Positions 36,469 to 48,800 of a stretch of DNA of 64,000 nucleotides are shown in pieces. The DNA lies in the IMG/VR virus record IMGVR_UViG_3300025645_000038, positions 1 to 64,000 of that record; one strand, written 5' to 3'. Made by a program: the position numbers and the translations under genes. Positions within the stretch are counted from its first letter, which is position 1, and each line of letters starts with the position of its first letter. The notes below the pieces were generated by a model, which saw only the letters and a program-made list of their open reading frames with translations, was not told the DNA's origin and did no database searches. The stretch is from a virus.

Positions 36469-39400
36469 TTAAAGAAAATGTTGTAAAAGTACCTTTTCGT
36501 AAATTAAAGCACATTCATCATATATCTGATATCCAAATCAGAAATTTAAAGCGACATAAAGAATATGAAGAAGTCTTTGAGCGTACATACGAAGAAGTAA
36601 AAAAACATAAAGATAATGCCGTAGTCTATATCGGTGGTGATATAGCTCATTCAAAAACCGAAATGTCGCCTGAATTAGTCGATCAGCTTTCTCGTTTATT
36701 TAAGAATCTTTCTGATATCTGTCCTACGATATTAATCGCAGGTAATCACGATTGTAACTTAAATAACATATCGAGAATGGATGTTCTTACTCCTATAGTA
36801 AATAACTTACAGCACCCCAACTTACATTATTTAAAGAATAGTGGCGTGTATAAATGTGCCGATGTAAAGTTTGTCGTATGGGATGTGTGGGAAAAAGAAG
36901 ACGATTATATTGAGGCTAAAGATGTTGAAGGTGATACTAAAGTAGTTCTGTTTCATGGAACAGTTGATAAGTCAGAAACGGACTTGGGATTCAAACTGCC
37001 ATCTGATGTAAATATATCCAAGTTCAAAGGTTACGATATGGGATTGCTAGGTGACATCCACAAAAGACAGCATCTCAATAAAGAGGAAACCATTTCTTAT
37101 TGCGGTTCATTGGTTCAACAGAATCATGGAGAGGGATTAAGTCATGGTTATTTATTGTGGGATGTTCCTAAGAGAACTTCTGAGTACATAGAAGTACCGA
37201 ATGACTACGGCTATTATACGATAAACATAGATGATGGTAAGGTACCTGATTGTCCTGATATACCACAAAAGGCTAGATTAAGAGTTAGAGTAGCTAACAC
37301 CACACCATCACAACTAAAGAAAGCTATGAGTCTTATTCATAGTAAATATGGAATCAAAGAAGTATCTGTTACAAAGACAGACTCTATATACTCTACAGAT
37401 AAGGTTAGAGGACAACACATAGCAGTTGGTAACATAAGAGATGCTGATTATCAGTTCAACCTAATAGATGAATACCTAAAAACAAATCACTTCGTAGATG
37501 ATGCTACTCTGATTGATATCAAAAAGATAAACGAAGAGTTAAATGGTAGATTACCTGAAGATGATGTGAATAGAGGTGTGAACTGGCAAGTCAAGAAGTT
37601 AGAGTTTGATAATATGTTTTCTTATGGGGAGGGTAACATAGTTGACTTTACTAAACTAAATGGTATTGTTGGTTTGTTTGCTCCAAATGCTCAAGGTAAA
37701 TCTTCTTTATTAGATACTCTTTCTTTCTGTCTATTCGATAGGTCTTCAAGAGCTTACAAAGCAATCAATGTTCTTAACAATAAAAAGGATTGGTTTAGTT
37801 GTAAAGCTACATTAGAGGTTGAGGGTGTAGAATACTTTATAGAAAGAAATGCTAAAAAACAATCAAATGGTCATGTTAAGGTCAATGTAGATTTCTATAC
37901 TTATGATGATGCTAATGAAAAAGTATCTTTAAATGGTGACCAACGAAGAACTACAGATGTAAATATCCGTAAGTTAATAGGAACTTATGATGACTTTATA
38001 ATGACAGCACTTTCTCTACAAACAAACTCAACTGTATTTATTGATAAGACACAAAAAGAAAGAAAAGACTTACTTGCACAATTTATGGGTATTGGTGTAT
38101 TTGACCAACTTTATAATTTAGCTAGTGATGAGATACACGATGTCCAATCTCTACTAAAATCTTTTAGAGATAATAACTACGATACAGATTTAGCTCAGAT
38201 AAAAGAAAGTCTAACTGATTTTAGAAAAGAGTCAAGAGAGTTAACTGCAACTAAAAAAGAAATGGTTGCTGATAAAAAGAAGTCTGATAGAAAGATTATA
38301 AGTCTTACTAAGAAACTCAAAAAGGTTGATGATACTGTTGGTAGCTTAGATGAATTAGAAGAAAGAAAATCTTCTCTTAATAATAGTCTAGCTTCTACAG
38401 ATGAAAAGTTTGGTAAACTTAAAACACTTTCTGAACAACACAAGGTTGAAGAAACTGAACTAACTGAAAAGATAAATATCTTTAAAGAAAATGAAGTAGA
38501 TAAAAAGTTTGCTCAGTTTGAACAATATAGTTTAGAAAAATCAAATCATCAGATAGAGATAGACAAACTAAAGATTGAAGTTCAACATAAGTTAGAAAAG
38601 ATTGAAAAGCTAGGTAACTTAGAACACGATCCTAATTGTGATTATTGTATGAGTAATCCTTTTACATTGGATGCTATAGAGACAAGAGAAAAACTGAATG
38701 AAGATAAAACTTTAGCAGATACTTTTCTAAAGAAGTCATCTGAATTAGAAACTATTATAAATGGTTTATCTCACATTACAGCACATAAAGAACAGATGGA
38801 TTCTTGTATAAGTGATTTTAATTTATTGACTTCCAATATTAGTAAAGTAGATAGTGAACAGAAACTAACTACAGAAAAGAAAAAGAATCTTATAAGTCAA
38901 TTAGCTATTATTGAAGATAAGATTAATCTTTATCATGAACAAGAAAAGGATATTTTGTTTAACAAAGACTTACACAACTCTATTGATGCTGAACAAAATG
39001 ATTCTGATAGATTAGAGAATGATATAGAAGAGTTAGATAAAAAGTTACAATCTGTAAATGGTGAAATAAAAGTATTAGAAACTAATCGTAGAAACATAAT
39101 GTCTAATATCAAAAAGGTAGAGGAATTAGAAGGTAAGTATGCTGCTTATCAATATTATATGGATGCTATCAAGAGAGATGGTATACCTTACGAACTAATA
39201 TCTAAAGCTCTACCGACTATCGAAGGTGCCGTAAATGATATACTTGCACAAATTGTAGACTTTTCTATGATATTAGAAATGGATGGTAAGAATATAAATT
39301 GTTACATAGTGTATGATGATGATAATGTATGGCCTCTTGAATTAAGTAGCGGCATGGAACGATTTATCTCCTCTCTAGCTATGCGTGTGGGATTGATAAA

Positions 39401-39620
39401 TGTTTCTAACTTACCAGCTGCTAACTTCTTAGCAATCGATGAAGGTTGGGGAACTATGGATTCAGACAATTTAAACTCAGTTTATAATCTGTTTCAGTAT
39501 TTAAAAACTCAGTTTCAATTTACAATGATTGTTTCTCATATAGATTCTATGAGAGATGCTGTGGATACTTTATTAGAAATTAAGAAAGAAGATAAGTTTT
39601 CTAACGTATCTTTTGACTAG
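36465..39620 (+). CDS. fused Mre11/SbcD nuclease - Rad50/SbcC ATPase (gp47-gp46 fusion)
   Basis: HISDIQ, GGDIAH, GNHD, FHG, GDIH phosphoesterase motifs; Walker A APNAQGKS, CDYC zinc hook, SSGME signature, IDEG Walker B, VSH. Confidence 0.9.
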   Translation: MIKENVVKVPFRKLKHIHHISDIQIRNLKRHKEYEEVFERTYEEVKKHKDNAVVYIGGDIAHSKTEMSPELVDQLSRLFKNLSDICPTILIAGNHDCNLNNISRMDVLTPIVNNLQHPNLHYLKNSGVYKCADVKFVVWDVWEKEDDYIEAKDVEGDTKVVLFHGTVDKSETDLGFKLPSDVNISKFKGYDMGLLGDIHKRQHLNKEETISYCGSLVQQNHGEGLSHGYLLWDVPKRTSEYIEVPNDYGYYTINIDDGKVPDCPDIPQKARLRVRVANTTPSQLKKAMSLIHSKYGIKEVSVTKTDSIYSTDKVRGQHIAVGNIRDADYQFNLIDEYLKTNHFVDDATLIDIKKINEELNGRLPEDDVNRGVNWQVKKLEFDNMFSYGEGNIVDFTKLNGIVGLFAPNAQGKSSLLDTLSFCLFDRSSRAYKAINVLNNKKDWFSCKATLEVEGVEYFIERNAKKQSNGHVKVNVDFYTYDDANEKVSLNGDQRRTTDVNIRKLIGTYDDFIMTALSLQTNSTVFIDKTQKERKDLLAQFMGIGVFDQLYNLASDEIHDVQSLLKSFRDNNYDTDLAQIKESLTDFRKESRELTATKKEMVADKKKSDRKIISLTKKLKKVDDTVGSLDELEERKSSLNNSLASTDEKFGKLKTLSEQHKVEETELTEKINIFKENEVDKKFAQFEQYSLEKSNHQIEIDKLKIEVQHKLEKIEKLGNLEHDPNCDYCMSNPFTLDAIETREKLNEDKTLADTFLKKSSELETIINGLSHITAHKEQMDSCISDFNLLTSNISKVDSEQKLTTEKKKNLISQLAIIEDKINLYHEQEKDILFNKDLHNSIDAEQNDSDRLENDIEELDKKLQSVNGEIKVLETNRRNIMSNIKKVEELEGKYAAYQYYMDAIKRDGIPYELISKALPTIEGAVNDILAQIVDFSMILEMDGKNINCYIVYDDDNVWPLELSSGMERFISSLAMRVGLINVSNLPAANFLAIDEGWGTMDSDNLNSVYNLFQYLKTQFQFTMIVSHIDSMRDAVDTLLEIKKEDKFSNVSFD

Positions 39621-39771
39621 ACAATAAGTTCTTAGGTTTTTCTCCCCCTCGTTTAAGTCTTAGTATATGCTGATTAAGTACAGCACTCATAGTAGTGCTT
39701 TCTTCTTTAGCATATACTCTAAACCAATCCATTAGGTTTTCTTCTATAGTAAAAGAATATTTCTTTTTCAT
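39601..39771 (-). CDS. ribbon-helix-helix (CopG/Arc-like) transcription regulator
   Basis: MKKKYSFTIEENLMDWFRVYAKEESTTMSAVLNQHI; own GGAG SD (39781-84) and late-type motif on the minus strand. Confidence 0.7.
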   Translation of the reverse strand: MKKKYSFTIEENLMDWFRVYAKEESTTMSAVLNQHILRLKRGGEKPKNLLSSQKIR

Positions 39772-39800
39772 ACCGATAATCTCCATATTTTGTACATATA

Positions 39801-39834
39801 ATAAATATTAAAATAATTAAGTTATGATATTTAT
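39801..39834. promoter_or_regulatory. divergent pair of ATATTTAT motifs (minus 39801-08; plus 39827-34)
   Basis: Back-to-back motifs, each upstream of an SD and gene. Confidence 0.55.
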
Positions 39835-39864
39835 TAATGATATCAAAATATAGGAAAATCATTA

Positions 39865-42800
39865 ATGGCCATCGTAAAAAGATTCAATAGATTACTTGGA
39901 CTTGAAAAAATAGATGTATTGGTAGATGAGAAGGATAAATCCAGACACATCATAATATCCGATATGCCAGAAAGTCTGCCTCAAGGTAAGAGTTCCTTTC
40001 TTATAGAGGTTTCTCCTTACATGAGAAAAGGAATCGAGCTTCAAATAGACTTTATCGACTCAAAAGGTAATAGTATCTATGTTGAACCCGTATCTAATTA
40101 TTTAGAGGGAACATCAAGAACTGTATCTGTAGAGGTTTACAACACAGTAGCACCAGGTGTTGCTACTATGATAATAGTCGGTGAGTTAGAAAGTATACCT
40201 TTAGATGCTGGTAATTTTAGTGATACTCAAGAAGTACCAGATGACTTTAAAGGAGTTTATAATGTAAGACTTACCAAAGAAGTTATAATAAATACAGCAG
40301 AGATAAATGTACAACCTATAAAATTCTATTCATCTCCAAGATTAACTGCAACAGAAAAACGCTTTGGTTCTATGGAGAGAGAAGTTGTTAGTGGAGAAAC
40401 AACATCTTCAGCATTCTCTATTATTGGTAGACCAACTCAACAAGAAGAGTTTTCTATATTTGAATCGAGAGAATCGGAAATAGACTCTCTTGGAGCTGGT
40501 GTTACGGATATAGACGGAGTTCCAAGACCACCTGACGGCGATATAAAAGGTGATGAGGCTGATAAGGAAAGACAAAAAAGACATATAAAGAAAAAAAGTA
40601 TTCGTGCTAGTAGTAGATTTAAAAGGTCAAAAAGGATTAGAAGAAGAAGGTCACCTGAAGAATATCCATACGTATTTACTATAAACGATAGTAATCACGA
40701 ATTTACTACTGAGGAGATAGGTGGTGAAATAAAGTTTTCTAATATTAAAAATGTCTACGATACAAATCAGCTTGATGAAGCAGGATTGGATAGTTCTGTA
40801 TCTTTTAATGTGGTTTCGGATACAAATGATGAAAACTTTCCAACACATTACACAGCATCTATTGCTAAATTAGAAAACAATAAAAGTGCTTATGTGAACA
40901 CACCATTTACAAAACAAGATAAAAATGGTAACTATAGATTACTGCCGATGGAAGCTACTGGTAAAGTTCATTACACCAAAGAACCATCAGCATCATATAG
41001 CATCACAAACATAGTTTCTTACGCAGATGTCACTCTAAGTCATCTTAGAACCTTTTCTGGTGAACTATTTAAAGCTAAAGTTTATGTAAAAGCTGAGGGT
41101 TCTTTTGATGATTACAAATTATTAGCTGAAGTTCCAATAGAATCGCCTGAACTGATGATAAATAACAACTCAGTTGGTATCGGTGAAAGAACAGGATACT
41201 TCGTATCAGACACAGATTTAAATACATATTGGGAAAAGTTTGGTGGGACAAATGGATTGAGTACTGCTACAGCTACATCGACTGCTTCTTTTGATAATAG
41301 TGGTTCGTTAGACTCTGCTATGGTTTCAGGTAGCATATCGTCTTTTACAGACCAAATAAGATTTCAACAAAAGGATGCATATAAATTCAATCTCACAAAA
41401 GGTATTGATTATGACTTATCGTTTAATGCTGTAGGTGAAAAGGGAACTGATGGTAGAGCATTGTTGATGGTTTATGTTTCTGGTTCTTCTTTAAATCAAT
41501 CAAATGAATTACACCACGATGAAAAGGAAGGTTTAGACATAACCGAACCATCTCAGTATGGTAAACGAATGGGTGTGTTGGAAATTGAAGCAGGTGATAA
41601 TGTAAAGAAAGAATTTGGTTTAATACGACATAACTTTAATTCCAACTCAACAGGTGATGCAAAAGTTCAGTTTAGAATTATATCAGGTAAATGGAACTTG
41701 TCAGATATATCTGTAGTACCATCAACCGATACAGGCTTCTCACCATCCTTTGTAAACTTTAAACAAGAACTACCACCTGAGTTGATTCATAAAAGACCAG
41801 AAACTTTAGAGTTCTTGACAGAGTTTTATGATATAAATAATAATTTAGCAGATGAGATAGCTGTAACAACAGGTTCTGTTTTTACAGGTGCTAATATTGT
41901 TATTACAGGTGACGACAATGTGTTATCACATAACTTATTCATCGGTGGTGATACTACAGGTAGTGGTATTCATATGGGTGGAACAAGTTCAACATTACCT
42001 GATGATAACTATTCAGAAGGTGCTACTGGTTCAGGCTTTATTCGTTCATTAGGTTACTTAGGATTTGAAAGTGCTTCTAATGCAGCGTTAGGTGGTAAAA
42101 AAGGATTCATGATTTACAGTGGTTCTGTATTGCCAAATAGTGGAGAGGATTATAAAGGTGTTGGTTTAGAATTAGTTGGAGCTAGCGGTTCATTAAAATT
42201 TAGAACAAGTCCGTCAGTATTCGATGTACAAGCAGATTCATTCTTTGTGGGAAAAACTACATCACAATTTATAAGTGGTTCAGGAGAAAAGATAGAAATA
42301 AGTTCTTCTAACTTTCATTTAGATAATGCTGGTAATGTGGATATGACAGGAACAATTACTGCTCAAGCTGGTAATATAGGTGGTTTTAATATTGAAGATA
42401 GTAAACTAACTGCTGGAATTGGTAATAGTGCTGTTACTATGAGTGGTGCTGACCAATTATTTAGATTTGGTAGTGGTTCACAATTTGATACGACTGCTGT
42501 AGATGGTATTCTATTTGGTAAAGATACGGATGGTAAGTACAAGTTTGCTGTTGGTAAAGGAGACTCTTACATTGTATTTGATGGTACTGCCGTTAACATA
42601 AGGTCAGAAGACATAAACGTTACTGCTTCTGTATTTTCAATCGATGTTGATGTGTTTAAGTTAAGCTCTAATAATTTATTCATAAGTTCTAGTGATGGTG
42701 GTTTTATATCTGCTGGTAATCCTAGACCATCTGGTATAACAGGAACAAGTAAAGGTATCTTTATAAATGGTAGAGATCCTTCTGATACTAAACCAAAGTT

Positions 42801-45800
42801 TTTAGTTGGTGCAGCTGATGGTAATAGAATATCATTTGATGGTGATAATATATTTATGTCTTCATCTGGTTTCTTTTTAGGTTCTTCTGCACAATTTGTA
42901 AGTGGTAGTGATGGAAACATAGAGATAAGTTCTTCTAACTTTCATTTAGATAATAGTGGTAATGTTATTATGAGTGGTAAAGTTACTGCTAACGAAGGTT
43001 CTATTGGTGGTTTTAATATTACTAATGATGCTCTATCTTCTGCTAACTTTTTAATTAGTGGTTCTTCTACAGGAAATAATTTTTTCATATCATCATCTAA
43101 TTTCAATGTAAAGGCTAGTGGTGATGTAACTGCGTCAGCTTTAGACTTAACTGGTGGTTCTGTTGGTGGTTTAACTGTTACGGAAGGTCAAATTGCTGTT
43201 GGTTCAGTTCTTAAACTAAAAGATAGTGGTCAGATAACAGGTTCATCTGTATTATTTACAGGTGGAAAGATTGGTGGATTTACAATAGATGCTGATGAGA
43301 TAAAGTCTACAAATGTTCTTATAGATTCAGCTAACGAAAAGATTACATTAGGTTCTGCTAATGCTATAAAACTACAAGGTGGTGGAACAGATAACTTTAT
43401 AGCTATGGGTAGTAAATCTACTTTCTCCAATGAGGGAACAGGAACTGCTGGTATCATTATTGGTATGGATGGGACAAATCCACAAGCAGAGTTCGTAAAG
43501 AATAGTACTAACTACTTTATATTTGATGATGGTATTGATATACAAACAGATACATTGGTTGCTAGTGGTAGCTCAATTACATTAGAAACACCTAAATTCT
43601 TTTTAGGAAAAAAGAGTACACAATTCGTAAGTGGTAGTAATGGTAATATAGAAATAAGTTCATCACAATTTCATTTAACTAAAGAGGGTAATGTTACAGG
43701 TTCAGCTATACTACTAGGTAACAAAGGTGCTGGTCAGTTTTTACAATTTGTAAATAATACCTTAACAGTACAAGGTGCTATTACAGCTGATAGTATCGCA
43801 GTTCCATCTGCAGCTCCAACACCAAGTTCATCTATATCATCAGGTGGTTTACTTACAACTGTTTCAGCTTCTATTGGTGGATTTGATATAACATCAGCTG
43901 AGATAAAGGATAGTGATAGTAACCTAAGACTAAAATCAAGTGGACAGATAACAGGTTCAAAAGTTCTATTCAATGGTGGAACGATAGGTGGATTTACAAT
44001 TGACGCTGATGAGATTAAGAGTGGAACTAATATAGCTTTAGATTCTACAAACAAAAAATTAACAATTAATAATGCTACATTTGGAAATGAAGGTATACAA
44101 TTAGAGTTCAATAGTGGTACACCAAGACTCTATGTGGGTGATGGTTCGAATGAGTTTGTAAAGTACGATGGTAGTAGTGTAGATATTAGAACTAAAAAAT
44201 TGAATGCTAGTGGTAGTAACATCACATTAGAAACTCCAAAGTTCTTTTTAGGTAAAAAAAGTAATCAGTTCGTAAGTGGTAGTAATGGTAATATAGAAAT
44301 AAGTTCATCTAACTTCCACCTTACACCACAAGGTAATGTCACAATGAGTGGTGAGATTACAGCAGCTGGTGGTACAATCGGTGGTTTTATAATTGGTGAC
44401 GAATTAACATCTACTGCTGGTACATTGATACTTAGAGGTGCTAGTGGAAGAATTACAGCATCAAATGCTCTAATAACCGGTGATATAAATGCTAACACAA
44501 TAACAGCCAATACTGCTGGTACAATAGCTAACTTTAATATAAATTCAACGGAGATAGCTTCTTCTAATAATAAACTTAGGTTAAAAGCTAATGGACAAAT
44601 AACTGCTTCAGAAGCTCAAATTACAGGAAAAATTACGGCTACGAGCGGACAAATTGCAGGATTTACTATTAATGGTACAAAACTACAACAAGGAACATCT
44701 TTCAATTTGGATGGAAATGCTTCTGCTGATTTCTTTATATCATCTTCTGATTTTCAAGTCACACCAAGCGGTGATGTTAGTGGCTCTAAAGTATTATTTA
44801 CGGGTGGAACAATAGGTGGTTGGACACTAACTTCAGACAGATTAAATAGTTTAGATGATAATTTTAGAATTAGTAGTGCTGGTTCTATAACCATAAAAAA
44901 TCACTCATTTGGACAATCAGGATTTCAAGTTATAGAAAATAGTGGCACTACTCAATTTTATGTTGGTAATGGTTCTACAAGATTTATAAAATTTGATGGT
45001 AGTAATGTTGATATTGGAACTGAAAAATTAACTGCTAGTGGTAGTTCGATAAACTTAGGTGCACCAAGTTTTAGATTAGGAAGTGCTTCAAACTTTATAA
45101 GCGGAAGTGGTGGTTCGTTAGTCATACAAAATACTGGAACTACTATTCTTAGTGGTAGTAATGTGAGAATAGAAACTCCTAGATTCTTTTTTGGAAAAGC
45201 TAGTTCTCAATTTATAAGTGGTAGTGACGAAAAGATAGAAATAAGTTCATCTAAGTTTCATTTGAAAAATAATGGTGATGTAATAATGAACAACATTACA
45301 GCCTCTAACGCAAATGTTAGTGGTAAGATGACTGCTACAAGTGGTGAGATTGGTGGTTTTACAATTGGTGATGATTTATCTAATTCTGCTGGTTCAACAT
45401 TAAAACTAAAAGGTAGTAGTGGACAGATTACAGCATCAGCTGCTCAGATTACAGGAGATATAACTGCTAATACTATTACTGCTAATACGGCTGGTACAAT
45501 AGCTAATTTCCAAATTAATTCAACAGAAATAAAATCAGCTAATCAAAATCTTAGATTAAAAGCAAATGGTCAAATTACAGCATCAGCTGCTCAAATCACA
45601 GGAAAGATTACAGCAACAAGTGGACAGATAGCTGGATTTTCAATTAGTGGGAATACCCTAACTGCTACAAACTTCACATTGGATGCTAGTGGTAAAAGAA
45701 TTACATTAGGAACTGGTAACAATATTTTTATAGCTGATGGTGATGAAGGTATTCAATTAGGACATGCTACTTTTGCTAGCGCTCCTTTTAGTGTTACAAA

Positions 45801-48800
45801 AGCTGGTCTTGTAAAAGCTACATCGGGTACTATTGGTGGTTGGACACTAAGTGGTACGCAGATATCAAGTAATAATTTAATAATGGATTCAGCTGGTGTG
45901 ATACAAACCTCTGATTACGCAAGTAATACTAAAGGTTGGAGATTAAGTCCTGCTAATGGTGGTGAAGCTGAATTTCAAAATGTAAAAATTAGAGGAACAC
46001 TATCTACTGCTGTGTTTGAAAAGGAAACAGTAAATGCAGTTGGTGGACAACTTTACATAGCTAACTCTACTGCTATAACTGGTTCAGCTACAATAGCTGC
46101 TACAGCTGCTACAATGAGTGTTGCTAATGTTGGTGGGTTTGTAGCCAATGAAGTTCTATCAGCTAAGAAGGTAAGTGCTACAGGCTTTGCTACAGAGTAT
46201 ATGTTGGTACAGAGTGCTTCAAGAGATTTCCCATCAAGTGAAACAGATTTTCGTGGTAAACTTTTTGTAGTAAGAGGGTACAATAGTGGAAGCACAGGTG
46301 ACTCTGGTTCTTTGGGTGATGTAGCTAATACATCACAATCATTTGAACCAGGTCAGGTTATAGTATCAACAGGAAAAATTGGAACTGGTTTCATAAGACT
46401 GAACGCTAATCCAAATGATGTAACAACTCCTTACATAGATATTGTTGAAAGAACTGGTAGTGGAGTTTATGATGTAGATTTAAAAGCTCGTTTGGGTGAT
46501 TTGAGTGGATTGAGTAGTGGGTTGTTATACGGAAACGCTTCACCTGGTTTTGGATTGTTCACAGAGAACGTATTTTTACAAGGTGCTATAACTGCTACTA
46601 CAGGTTCATTTACAGGTAAGGTTCATGTTGGTACGACAAATGGTATTGTTATAGATGGTAACGCAAAAAAATTATTCCAAGGTACAGGAACACATAACAA
46701 TCAAAATACTGGTTTTTATATGGATAGTACTGGTAAATTTAGTTTGGGTGATAAGTTAGTTTGGGATAGTAGTACAGAAACCTTAACGATAACAGGAACA
46801 ATAAACATAACAGATGGTAGTGGATTTGCTACAGCAGCTTCAGTAAGTGGTAGTTTTCCAAGTGCTACTTCGGTATCTGCTAGTTTGAATGCTTCGTCAA
46901 GTGCTTTACAAACTAACATAAACGCGGTAGAAGCAAATGTATCTGGTGCATTCACAAGTACCTCTGCCTCTATCGCTACAAAGATTATGACAGATGCTAG
47001 TGGTAAGATAGTACAAACTCCAAGTACTTCTGGTTTAAGTGGATTGATATTAAAATCTACTCACCTTGGTTTTGCTAGTAGTGGAACATTCAAAGCCTTT
47101 ATCGGTAATACAGGAAACTTTCTATTTAAAAATGATGATGATAACCTAATATCATTTGGACAATCAACGTCTGTTGGTGATGGAACAACCACATCTAACT
47201 TAGTTATTAAAGCAGCTAACGCTTATCTTAGTGGTTCGTCTATAAACCTACTAACATCAAGATTTTTCTTTGGTGATAGTTCTAATTTTATAAGTGGTAG
47301 TGGTGGTAATTTAAAAATATTTAGTACTGGAGAAACAACACTATCAGGTAGTTCTGTAACAATTGAGACACCCAAGTTTTTCTTAGGTAAAAAAGGTTCT
47401 CAGTTTGTAAGCGGTAGTAATAATCAAATAGAGATAAGCTCTTCTAAGTTCCATCTAAATAATGATGGTAATGTTATAATGAATCAAATTACTGCTTCTG
47501 ATGCAAATGTGTCAGGTAAAATTACAGCCGATAGTATTGTTGCAAATACAACAGGAAGTATAGCTGGTTTTACCATTAATAGTGAGGAGATACGTTCTTC
47601 AAATAATAATCTCAGACTAAAAGCCTCAGGAAATCTAACCGCTTCTAATTATTTATTTAATGGTAATGGTGTGATAACTGGCTCAGTTACTATCGGAACA
47701 AGTGCTACAATACTAGGTTCGTTGTCTGCTGGTAGTATTGCTACACCATCTTCTGGTCCTCCGTTTAAGTCTGAAATCAATTCACAAGGTTTTGCTAGAT
47801 TTACATCTGCTTCTATAGCTGGTTGGGATATAGATTCTACATCGATAGCTTCTGTAGATGATAAAGTTATAATAGATTCTTCTAACAAAAGAATCACAAT
47901 TAATAATACATCTTTTGGAAGTGCTGGTATTCAATTAGATTACAATAGTGGAACACCAAGATTTTTTGCTGGCAGTGCTACAAAGTTTGTAAAATTTGAT
48001 GGTTCTAATGTAGATATAGTTACGGAGAAACTAACTGCTAGTGGTAGTTCTATAAACTTAGGAGCACCGAGCTTTAAGTTAGGTTCTTCTAGTAATTTCA
48101 TAAGTGGTAGTGGTGGTGATTTAGTTATACAAACTACTGGTACAACTACATTGAGCGGTAGCGCTATAAACATACAGACTCCTAAGTTTTACTTAGGTCA
48201 AGGAACATCTCAGTTTATAAGTGGTTCAGATGGAAACATTGAGATAAGCTCTTCAGCATTTCATTTAGATCCTGCTAATAACACTATGGTAATTAGTGGT
48301 TCTATAACTGCTACTACAGGTAAAATTGGTGGTATGTTGTTAGAGAATAATAAACTTAAATCACAATATGGTGATGGTTCGGTTATCACAAAAATTGTTA
48401 CTGTTGAGGGTTCTAGTAAATACTATATAGATGGAGTACAACAACCAACATTAGAATTAAAAGTTGGTAACACATATAGATTTGATAATTCACATAGTTC
48501 TAATGGCGCACATCCATTTAGATTTGCTACATCAGCAGATGGGACACAATATAATACAGGAGTTAGTGTGGTAGGTACTCAAGGTAGTGGTGGAACTGCT
48601 TATGTACAAATAACAGTTACAGCTGATACACCGACTACATTATACTATAAATGTACTGCACATGGTAGTATGGGTGGTCAGCTAAATATTGTTACAATTG
48701 GAACATTGGAACTCAATGGTGTAAACGGACAGATTACAGGTTCAAAGGTATTGTTTGAAGGTGGTAAAATTAGTGGTTCTAATTTAGAAATAAATGTACC

